64,000 nucleotides of DNA, from assembly GCA_003971905.1 (NCBI GenBank), contig RSEE01000009.1, positions 682,001 to 746,000 on the forward strand, written 5' to 3'. The stretch is from Moniliella sp. 'wahieum'. Lineage: Eukaryota. Made by a program: the position numbers and the translations under genes. Within the stretch, counting starts at the first letter, position 1. Each line of letters starts with the position of its first letter. Below, in pieces: positions 51,129 through 61,844 of this stretch. The notes beneath the pieces were generated by a model. That model ran no database searches and was not told where the DNA came from. It saw only the letters and a list, made by a program, of their open reading frames with translations.

Positions 51129-52553
51129 ATGCCTGCAATAAGCAACGCAACCGGTGCCAGCGGCAGTGTGCCGCTCCTCCACCCCAGCGCCAAGCACACC
51201 CGGGCGGATATGGAGGCCGATGACATCTTCCAATCCGACGTCTTTGGCCGGCCGGCAAAGCGAGTATGTACCCTTTTCCTTTTGCTCACACTGGGCGAAG
51301 AATCGTCCTAACATGAAAGAACAGCTACCGACGGTCCATTCACCTCCCGTTACCAGTTCCCCCACCGCGTCTGCTTCACCCAGCCCAATGGCCAAGCGCC
51401 CGTTTTCGTTCCTGCGAGACGAGGATGAGGAGAGGACATAGGGACTCGTACCCCCCGTCCTACCAAGAAGCTGCGCTCAAAACAGCTCCCCAAACCGGAG
51501 CCCAAGTGGAAGTCAAAGCTCAAGACTACCTCCGCGAGCGGGTGGAGGTACCCGGCGAACGATTTCTTTACCGCCACGTACCCAATAGGAGCATGATGAG
51601 AGGGGGGGGCGCAGGGAAGCGAACCGTCATGTTCAATGCCGACCTTGAGGTGATCCTCGATCAGTTTGAACAAAATCTCCGCCATCTTGGAGCCAAAGCG
51701 TGGGACGACAACACCGCTTCCTCCTCCTCCGAATCGTCAGACGAGGAGTAGGACGACGGGGGGTGAGTGAGGAATACTCGGAGCCCCATGAGGCCTCGGC
51801 GCAGGACCTGAGCAACATGGGGGCGTCATGCCGGTTTGGCCTGAACCATGATTTGTTCCGTTCCACCTAGTCCGAGAAGAGGACGATGTGGACACAACAG
51901 ACAGTGGACCATCAAGCTCACACCTTGGTCTCACTTTGATCGTCCCACCCTCCTCCACATTTGCGAAGGAGGTGAACGAAGCTGGCAAGCAACGACGACC
52001 CTTCAAGTTCTACGATCCCGCTTATGGCCCCCGACGACCGGGGGAGTCTGATCCGCATAAAGAAGAGCAAAGCGATGGGCACCTCTTCCCTCACCCTGAT
52101 CCCCTGCACACCTTTGCCCCAGGGTGTGCACAGACAAACGGCGACAGGTTCCGTCCCTTCTGGCACGGCACCTTCTTTCTTCCCAATACACACTTCAGGA
52201 GTTTGCGGTGCAGCAAGTGGGGAGGCCCATCGCTCCACCATCTGTCTATGAAGCAGCAATGCAAGTTTTTCAACAGCCCCGAATGGGACCGCCACCAAGA
52301 GTTGAAAACGAAGATTGAAGCGGCCTTGGAGAAGGACAAGCGGAGCGTGGCCGTGTGGCGCGCGGAGACGTGGCCACTTAAAAGGCAATTCGAGCCAGCT
52401 CACATTGTCGAAGCCAAGATGCTGACTGAGTTTGGCTTCAGTGTTTCGTGGCCAATGCCCCATAACGCGCAAGCGGGGGTGGGCATTGAGCTGATCGGGC
52501 TGGATAACATGGGGTGGTACTGGCCCCCTTGGCTGACCAAGGTGATGGCGTAG
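51129..52553 (+). CDS. Orphan hypothetical protein (one probable intron, frameshifted)
   Basis: ATG at 51129, GTATGT donor at ~51264, CTAAC..CAG acceptor at ~51324, then protein-like blocks (ERFLYRHVPNRSM..VMFNADLEVILDQFEQ; FWHGTFFLPN..EWDRHQELKTKIEAALEK). Confidence 0.45.
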
Positions 52554-53561
52554 ATGCACACTACTTGGCCAACCTGGAGCCTGGCCTCCACCTCTTTGTC
52601 GTGGCCATGGTCGACGTGCCTAACTTTTTCCCAACTGAACAAAAAAGGCGGAAGAGCACTACGTCTGTAGTGCCAGAACCTCGGTGGTTGAGACTCTCCC
52701 CCTCGCCGCCCCCACTTTTGCCTCATTCATCCTATGGGTGTACGCCACCCTTCCAAGTCCCGTCTCAGAATCGTACGACGGTTTGCCTGGTCCAATTTGC
52801 CCACGACTCTAAAGATTGATAGCAGAGTAGATATAGGAAAGAGGCCGATGAACTCACCGGACCGTCAGTAGAAAAAGGTAGCTCGGATCCATCCCCATTT
52901 CCATGGTTGGAAGTGTTGCGGTCAACAATGTAACGATTAACATATTCTACTTTTAGGGCATAGGATGGCCACGTCCTCGTCGCTCTTCATTCCTTCTCAG
53001 CCAATGGCATCCGACCTTGCTTGCACAACAGAGCGCATCACTTTTGTTCACCCATAACCCCCTAGCAGCTCTCAAACATCCCAACCTCTCCGTCCCCGCT
53101 TGCCGAATGCTCCAGGTTCCATCACTCGCGAAAGTCACTACTACCATCGCTTTCCTTCCACGCAACCTCGTCTCCACCACCTCCACACCGGCTCGTTGTG
53201 GGTGTGAGTGTCGAGGATGGAACATACGAGCTAGATGATGGGAACCCGTGCCGACTGAGTAGGGGAGCGGGGGGGCGGGAGTGTGCGGTGCAATCGATCT
53301 TAGGCGGGGTGGGGTGCGCTTGTGCCCCCTGTACTGGCCATATGTTCGCTGAGAGAGATGTGACAGGGTTAGGACATAAGACAGCAGCGGAGAGAGATCT
53401 ATAGAGAGACAGAGTGCAATTAAGATCAAAAACAGGGGATGCGAGTAGGTAGCATACAGGCCCATGCAGAAAGCAGGCCTTGGAGGAACAGTAGTAGGTG
53501 GCGCAGGAGGGTGGGAAAGCATGGAGATGACAATGCAATGACCGGATAGAGATGCGCGGGA

Positions 53562-56364
53562 CTAGAACGATACTGTAGGATAGTCGCCAGGCCCAGATAC
53601 AGGAAGGCGGCCGTAAAGCGGGGTAAATAGGTCCTCCATCGGCGACGTGTCGCTGAGCGTGACTGCCGGCAGCGTTGATGCGGGCAGAGGCAGTGCTTCC
53701 CCCCTACCCCCTTGGCCAATCGGCATGGGAGATTGAGAAATGATAGAGGCCCTTCGGGTGGAAGTGGTCTCTTCTTCTGGCAATGCCACGGGGGGCATCG
53801 GGGTGGAGTGGAAACTGAAGTCGCGTAAGCTGTCTGATAGAGCTGTACTCGTGGGGTGGGCAAGGGAAAGAGCGAATGGCTCGATCCTCGGTCGTTCGCC
53901 TGACCTAAAAATCGAGGCGGCGATCCAAAAGGGGTGGTGGAAAGGGGTGAAGGGGATGAGCCCAACTGGAAGTCCGACATGGCCCTTGACAGAGGGAGCG
54001 GTTGTTTCTCTTCTTCTCGCGGGGTTTGGAGGAATGGAATGGGCGTGGTGGGCAAACTGCTGCCGTCCAAGGGAGACGCCATTGCTCGTTCAGGGCGCAA
54101 AGACCAAAGACCCTCTGCACCTTCTGGATGTAGGCCGTTGGAACTAGGCAAGCTGAGCCCTGACGATTGCTGCGTCGCAGCCATACCGATCCCAGCACCC
54201 ATCAAGTACTCCATTGGTTTGGGTGAGATGGACAGGCGGGATGGGTAGCTTGTCGGCGGCTGATAGTCCCGTGTCACATTTGACAACGTCCGCTTGCGCA
54301 ATAGGGTTGGCATCGCCTGCAAGTGAGCCTGGGGCGATAAGTGCAGTGAGGGGTCTGAAGGCGGCGAGAGGAGGCCAGCATGCAGATGCCCCTGCACCGA
54401 GAGCGAATGGGATTGGTTCTGCCCGGGTCTCTCCAGCGGATCTAGCCCACTGGCGATCGACGTAGACTGCGAGGGTTCCGGCGCACTGGACGACGGAGGG
54501 ATAGATAGGGCATACCGTCAAAAGACGGCATACCCTGCATTGGCAAATTCAGCGACAACGCGTTAGACGACGACACTGAGACAGCCATGTCGGGCGCTCC
54601 TGGGGCAAAGAGGGGAGGCGCGGGCAAGAGTTGCTGGTATTTTATAGGGTATGAAGCCGTGGGCAAAGCACTGGTCATTGTTTGTGTTGTATCCATCGAA
54701 CCATGTAGCCCGTTAGCACGCGCTGTCGTAGGCCGCGTGAGAAGAGAGATGCGTGCTGCAGGTGAGGACTGCGACGGGGTGGGTTCCATGCACTCAAGGT
54801 CCCAAGCCAGAACAAGTTGCACCGTGCCCACTTTCTGACCAGATGAAAGCTCGTCGTCTCCCTCCGACACCTTGTTGCACGATTGGGGAAGCATTGGTTC
54901 ATTGGCCACGACAAATTCTTGGATCAGCGAGATGCCAGCAACGGCCATTGCAAGGGCAGCGCGTTCGCTTGGTTCTTTGCCAAAAGTTGCTGATTCATTG
55001 GGCTTCTGGTAGTTGACGGGATGGTTCCGACTCAACAAGTCGGCCCAAAAGTCGGTGGCAAAGGGGGCATAGTGCATGTAGGAATACTGAGGAGCTCCTT
55101 CGCCTGCCTTGTCCGTGATCGACTGAGTGGAGATGTGTCTGGGATGATCCAGGGGCTCAATGAGAGAAAGAATGCGTTTACCATGGGAAAAGACAGTGGT
55201 AACGGATGTGAGCCGGCGCGAATCGGTGCTGCTGATAGTCAGCTGGGTGCTGAACTGGTCGAAGTCAGGAAGAAAAACGTCGGCCTGCGGGATACTGAGG
55301 GGGCGTAGATGTGCAGGAAGGGGCAAGACATTCGGTCGAACATGTGGAGCAACTGGGGAAACCGGACTTGGCCCAAATGTATTGTGTCGATACTCTTGCT
55401 CCCGCCAATCAGGCTGGTGCAGGGAACAGCACCGGGATCCATGGTAGTGTACATGTGCCGATTCTCACTGTCGCTGCAGTGAACCCACATAGAAAAGCTC
55501 GAGGGGATCATGTGTGGCATTTGGTCCGGCGGGGGAGGCGCAGTGACGGTAGGGTCCGTAAAACGAGTAACGTTGCCCTTGATCGTTTCGGTCACGTTTT
55601 CCCAGCCCGGAACACCGTATGGGCCACTCAGGCCGCCGTACCCTGAACTAGCCAGCGTAAGAGCATACATCATCCCACCCGCCGGCACATAGAAGTCATC
55701 TTCGGAACGTGGTTCGGCGATGAGGTGCAGAAACTCAACGTCATCTTTACGTACATTCTTGAGGACTTGGATGTGGCTCGACACCTGCTTGCGCGTGCGT
55801 TGTTTGCCAGTCTTGCGATGGATGTAGTCAGCAATGAGCTCGTTGCGCCCACAGGCCTTGCCATGCACCAACACTTTGCGTCTCCCAAGTTTGGGGATGA
55901 ATCGAAGCGCTGGTAAATATAAAAAAGTAAAGGTCAATGGTGAGTCTACAAAAGACAGCGGAGAAACACTCTGTTCGTTACTTACCCTCCCAAAACGCCA
56001 CTTCAACATCGTCAGGCCATACATCCGTGTTCTTCGCAATCGTACCCTTGCTGGACGCTGACTTAATAGGGGTACTATTAGGCGTCGTTTGGTCCGGCAG
56101 ATTAGGTTGCGAAGGTGGAACGGTAGAGCCCCCCTCAGAAGTAGTAGGATCCACTTGGGTGGATGACGCAGGGTCAGGGGCACGGAGGGGGGTGCTTGGA
56201 CCAGGCTCGGATTTTCCGTCGGGGGGTTGGAGAGATGATGTGGATGAGCTGACCGTGGGGGCGAAGGCATCTTCCAAGCTACTGGTGCTGGTACTGGGAG
56301 TGACCCCTGCCGTATCGACGGAAGCATGGGTGCGCCGGCGCTTATGGGTCGTGGCAGCCCTCAT
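53562..56364 (-). CDS. TEA/ATTS-domain transcription factor (Tec1/AbaA family)
   Basis: [13 protein letters not shown], intron 55910-55985 (GTAAGT..CAG), [51 protein letters not shown]. 3' end approximate. Confidence 0.95.
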
Positions 56365-59300
56365 AGTCAGGTCGGGGTCGAGGCTGAGGTCGAGCTGAGG
56401 GCCGGAGCGGCTGGGGCGTCCGGCACAGCTTCCTGGGTAAGGGCAGACGAGGGAGAAGGCGATATGTGGGCAGCAAGGCAGAAAGGAGGTCCTGGGGGCG
56501 TGGCCGCTTGTGCAGGCGGCGCAGAAGCTGTGGTTGCAGCGGGATCCGATGACGGCAGCCACGGTTCAGGCATAGCAGCGGCAGGCGGGGGGCTGGGAAA
56601 AGGGAGCGTTGGCGGTGAACGCTGAGCGTTGGCAGTGCCGTGGGGGAGAGGGGAGGCGGTAAGACGACGAGCCACGAGAGGGAAGCGATGGAGGTGGAGC
56701 AGAGGAGGCAGGGGAGGCACACAGAGAGGGGACCGCAGACGGAGCAGACGGGGGAGGGGGCAGAGAAGGAGCGGTTATTAATTATTGCTGCAATGGCCGA
56801 GCTGGGTTGTGCCGCTACTCCCTGCCGCCCAGTGCTGCACCCGCGCAGGCCAGCGCTCTGCAACACCCGGCGACTATGCTGCGTGCATGGAGGTCACCGG
56901 TCACCGATAGTGGGGAACGGGGGTCGATTGATCATATTGATGGCAGATGGCAGATGGCTGACCGGCATCCACTATATCCACACTGCACCCGAGTTGCAGC
57001 GGGTGAATATGGTGAATGGTGTCCAAGAGGAAAGCACGGCGCCACTTTGGGTGCCCGGTAGCAGCGGCCAGTGTCCTGGTGGCTGGAGGCGAGCCGGTGG
57101 TGACCGATGATCCGGTGAAATATGGTCGATGAGGTCGATGATGTGGATGATGCACGACGCGTGACGTGTGATATACGATACAATTGTCTCTGGTGGGACG
57201 CGTGGCGCACGACCGGTACGTGTAGCTGCCCCGCAGGGTGCAGTCTGAGATCTGTTGAGATCTAAGGTCTGGATCTGACCTCCATCTAGCCTTCCCTGTG
57301 CCTTCCCTCTTGAAGCTCTTGAAGAGCTTGCTTGACGCTCCTGAAGCTCTTAAGCTTGAAGCTCTTCAAGACGAAGAAGCTGCAATGTCCAACGCCACTT
57401 TCAGGCCAAAGCGTCACAGGCCACAGTAACCTGTCGACATCCTGCATTGCTTATTGTTTTTACTACCAATCGTCCTGCCGTTGATTAGAGCCAAACAACG
57501 GTCACATCGCCACTAGTCACTAGTCACTAACCAAGAGCTGGAGACGGAGCCTGAGGTAGGCCTGAGGCCTGAGGGCCTGACGCGTGACGGAGCCCGATGG
57601 CCGACTGCATTTGGGGCGTACGCTGGCGTACTTTGGTTGCTGCGATGCGGTGGGTGTGGATCATCGATCAGCTCTGAGCCTGAGCGCTCAGGCCGAGCGT
57701 TCATCGTGACGCGTGACGCGTGTGAAGCTTGAAGCTTGAAGCTTGAAGCTTGAAGCTTGAAGCTTGAAGCTCTTGAAGCTTGAACGGGAATGTTCAAGTT
57801 GAACGTTGAACGTTGAACGTTGAACTTCAACTCAACGTTCAAACGTTCACACAGTCACTGGTCACTAGCTCCTGTAGTCACTAGTAACTAGCCACTCTAG
57901 TCACTAGTCACTAGTCCCCTAGTCCCTAGTCAATGTGTTCCCGTTTAACAATGGTCGAACGCAGTACAGAGCGTTTGAATCAATCGAATCGATGAATGGA
58001 AATGGGCATAACATGTAACAATACTAATTGATCATTGAATATGGATCCTCGATAATAGCGGAAATGGACCATGGTGCATGGAAGAGCAGCGCATGTGACG
58101 CGCTGGTACGGTAGTAGGTACAGTGACGCAGACAGGCAATGGCCCGTCGACCCCTGCGCGTTGCGCGTTGCGTTCATGCACATTGGACCCAGCCGGCTGT
58201 TCCAGCGCAAAGCTTAAAGCTTAACGCCTAGCGCTGAACGTAAGCTTTCAGGCCCTAACACTTACAATTTAACGCTTTTAAAGCTCACCAAATCGTGTCA
58301 GGACCACAGTACCAGTACCAGTACCAGTACTCCGTGCCAATATTCAATCGACATCGATCAGGTGGAAGTTATCCCTGGGATCTCATCGATCTCATCCTAT
58401 ACATCCTATCTCAGTCCGATCATCGGTACTTCGGGGTACAAAACATGTTACAATCATCGATCATCATTAGTATGGAGTGTCTCACGTTCAGTACGTAGTT
58501 CAGTAGTCAACCTGAGTACTCAGTTACTCAACTCCTCAATACACCCAACGTTCAGTGTTCAACCTCAGTGCTCCTCGGTACTCGATACTCTGTGTACTCA
58601 ACCTCAGGCCTCAACGTCAGTCCTCACGATATACCCAACCCAGTAACTAGCTTGCCTCGTAACCGTCATGGATCTTGAGGGCCTCAGGCTGAGGACTCGT
58701 ACCGGTGTCGGTACCACCAAGTACTCGTATAATACGCAACACCCAGTACACTCAGTATTCAGTGGCCTGGGCCTGACCCTCAGGCCTCAGGCTGAGGCCT
58801 GACCGGCTGACCTCGGGCCCTCAGGGAGGGATTTGAACTTTGGGCCTGGTGCAAAGAAGGCTGGAAGCAGGACTATCGGTCACCGGTCACCGGTCACCAG
58901 CGAATGATCAGGCAATCATTTAATGACACATGAAGCGCTCAGACTGAGCGCGCGGGATCCAGTCCCAGCAGTATATACTGACGGAGATGTACTGCTAGTC
59001 CACAACTTTTTTTTGTTTTGGATTCTTTTTGAGGCTCAGGCTGAGCGCTCAGGTTGGGTACTCAGGTACTCAGTACTCAGTGGGTACTCCGTCTGAGAAA
59101 TGTGAGATCTGAGGCCCTGAGAGGCCCGAGGCCTGAGGCCCTGAGGCACAAGGCGCTCAGCTCAGGCCTGAGGACTCTCAGTCCGAGTAGTCACGTCGTC
59201 ACAATCATTTGTGAGTTGTGACATGTGAGCATGGTAACCGGTAACCGGTAACCGGTAACGCGTAACGCGTAACGCATAACGTTTACTAGTTCCGTTCCTA

Positions 59301-59395
59301 GTTAGTTACTAGTTACTAGTAACTGTCGTGACGCGTGATGTGTGATGTATGTGATTATTATTCGCCGTCTTAATCATCCCACTATACTCTGTACC

Positions 59396-59441
59396 GACAG
59401 AGCTTAAGCTGGGACGAAGAAACGCTGCGCCTAAACCGACC
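59396..59441 (+). repeat. Dispersed repeat copy A
   Basis: gacagagcttaagctgggacgaagaaacgctgcgcctaaaccgacc, alignable with copies B-D. Confidence 0.8.
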
Positions 59442-61066
59442 AGCCTTTCCTGCTTGTGGAAGCGGGTCGGGGTGGTGGTGGGGACGGTCGCTTGTGGACG
59501 TTGGAGGAATTCTGTGGGCGCAGTGGGGAGTCGGAGGGAAGGAAGAGCAAGAGAAGGGGACAAGGGATTGTGCGTATATATATGTAGGGCAAGGAGGCTA
59601 GATCTCTAGCTCTCTCTCCACATCTGTGGGTACGCGGGTGTGGGAGGCGAATGATGTTGTAGTCTTAGATCTCAACACAAGTGGGTCGGAACCCTGGCAT
59701 TGGCCAACCCCAAAAGCTCTATATTATAGCACTGAAGCTATGAAGGAGGTCAATAAATCCCCGGAACGGAGCCCATGCGCTTTCCATTGCATGTCGCAAC
59801 AGGTCAGCCCGTGTGTTTTACACTGCTTGCCTGTTTTTGCCGCCACTACGAATGAGCTGCGCACACTATCGGCTTCAAGCTTCAACAGATTCATGATTTC
59901 CACGGTTCCTTCGTATCGATATATTCCTTCGTATCCACTTTTTGCAGCTTTTCAACTCAACGCCAGGCCTGAACGCCTGAACGTTGAACGTTGAACGTTG
60001 AACGTTGAACTACTCTATCGACGATTCTTCTCCACTATACATTTCTGTGGAGGCAAGTGATTACAGTGGCTACTCTTTTAGTATAGCTATCTGCCTATAG
60101 GCCTACTCTTCTTCGACGCAACATAGTAGCTGGCATAAAACGCAAAACCAGAGACCAATATTCTATTCATGGGACCTACGCCTTTTCTCTCAAAGCAATA
60201 TTGAGACGTTCGCCCCTTTTGCTATTCACGCGCTCATCGCCTTCTGCCCCACATTCTCCAAGCCAAGCCTTCTGTCCGCGTCACCGGTCATTCTTCAAGT
60301 CACCTGATGCACCTGTTGCATGGTAGCCTAGTTTTCCTCTGTTCGTTTGACATGTGACATGTGACATGTGACATGTGGCATGTGACATGTGACAAGCGTC
60401 CACTTTATATATTCAGTAGTGCTGCCATCTGCATCACCAGGCCGAACCGGGGACCGGAGAGTCCAGTCAGAGACCAGGGGGTGGTACGATTATTCATGTG
60501 GATGAGGAAACAGCAGCAGGGTGTGGACATTGGACTTAGAACAAAAAAGGTGGCTTATGAAAAAAGAGGGACAACACAGAAGAAGAGCAACACCTTTGTC
60601 TCCAGGGAATCGGAGTGTGCGAGACACGGGAGCCTGTGCCTTAGTGGTACTTGGAGTGGGATACAGTAGGACACAATCTAAGGGTAACCGGTAACCGGTA
60701 ACCGGTAATCGGTAATCGATCGGTAATCGAGTATCGAGTACTGCCAAATGGAGAAGTACTGAGACCGATGAAACGTGTGAGACGTGTACTATGGCTCGGA
60801 AGAAGGCGTTGTATCCCGATTAAATCTGTGGGACGCATCCCGTATATGCGTCTTTGATAGGCCCCATTATCCGTCCCAATTGCTGTTCCGATGGAAAACA
60901 AGGTGAAATACTATATGGGCCATCTCCTCCAATGGACCAAATGTACTGCCACACCACACCACTCTCCTCGTTGCTGGCTTCTTGATCTCTCCCTTTTGCT
61001 TCTCTCACGCCCTTGTCCTAAGGCCCTCTAGGATCTGATTGCGTATAGATAGTATTCACTGACCTT

Positions 61067-61153
61067 GGTGGCGCTTCCAAGTAACCCCCGCAAGATGAAC
61101 GGTTCGGTTTAGACGTAGCGTTTCCCCTGTCCAGCCTTAAGCTCTGTCAATGA
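61067..61153 (-). repeat. Dispersed repeat copy B (inverted)
   Basis: Reverse complement reads tcattgacagagcttaaggctggacaggggaaacgctacgtctaaaccgaaccgttcatcttgcg...ttggaagcgccacc. Confidence 0.88.
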
Positions 61154-61780
61154 AATGGACGTGGTCTAGAGAAAGGACCTCAATCTCATTGACGGCCAAT
61201 CCTTATCGACATTCACTATCATTATTCGAGTTTGCATCATCAGGTCATGAAACTACTATCAGTGCATTTAGTATTTAGCCTCTCATCGGTCACCAGACGC
61301 GGCTCGTCGCGCTCATCGTGCGTTTGTGGCTACTGAGGTCCCTTCACTCTCTCCCTCCCGAAGCCTGTATATAGGAGCTCCGAGATGTTTTCGCGCTTTT
61401 ATTTTCTGAGTGGGGCCCCCGGGCTCATACCACCACGCACCACCAATCGCTATAGGGCAATACCACCACCCTCAAGAGGGCTCTCAGAATCTCATACCTC
61501 AGGTTACTCTCATGAAGCTTGAAGGACCTCAAGCTTCAGCGCTTCGAACTACAAGCTTCAACCTTCAAGCCCTTCAAGCTTCAAGCCTTCAAGCTTCAAG
61601 CCCTTCAATCTTGAAGCTAATAGCTTGAAGGGTCAGAACCCAGATCTCAGGCTATAGGCCGGTCAGGCCATCATGCATAGGTCTCAGGACCCCATTTACC
61701 AGTTACCGGCCTTACCCACCTTCCCTCCCTTTAACTTTTCAGTCCACAAAAGAAACATCTCTGTAGCTGTATCTCTCTTG

Positions 61781-61844
61781 TGCATCCATATCATTGACAG
61801 GGCTTAAGGCTGGGACTGGGAAACGTTACTTCTAAACCGACCCG
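61781..61844 (+). repeat. Dispersed repeat copy C
   Basis: tgcatccatatcattgacagggcttaaggctgggactgggaaacgttacttctaaaccgacccg. Confidence 0.88.

Noticed and set aside
1..56364. Genome-wide pseudogenisation or programmed frameshifting (nearly every gene has frameshifts)
   Set aside because: The breaks hit conserved housekeeping genes (FMN1, mL43, RBBP4). Where examined they are mostly single-base losses in homopolymer runs (e.g. FMN1 T-run at ~16586, mL43 A-runs) with otherwise intact motifs. Long-read consensus error is the simplest cause; polishing would test it.
57700..57935. Synthetic polylinker or vector contamination (runs of HindIII, AclI, SpeI, MluI, AgeI, StuI sites)
   Set aside because: The units are tandem, degenerate and dispersed over four intergenic regions, with no vector backbone. 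The restriction sites are a by-product of A+palindrome+T.
61790..61830. Walker A of a Pif1/Helitron helicase (LTGLKAGTGK) in repeat copy C
   Set aside because: The spacing is off by one residue, the frame is not kept in the other copies, and no other helicase motifs lie nearby.
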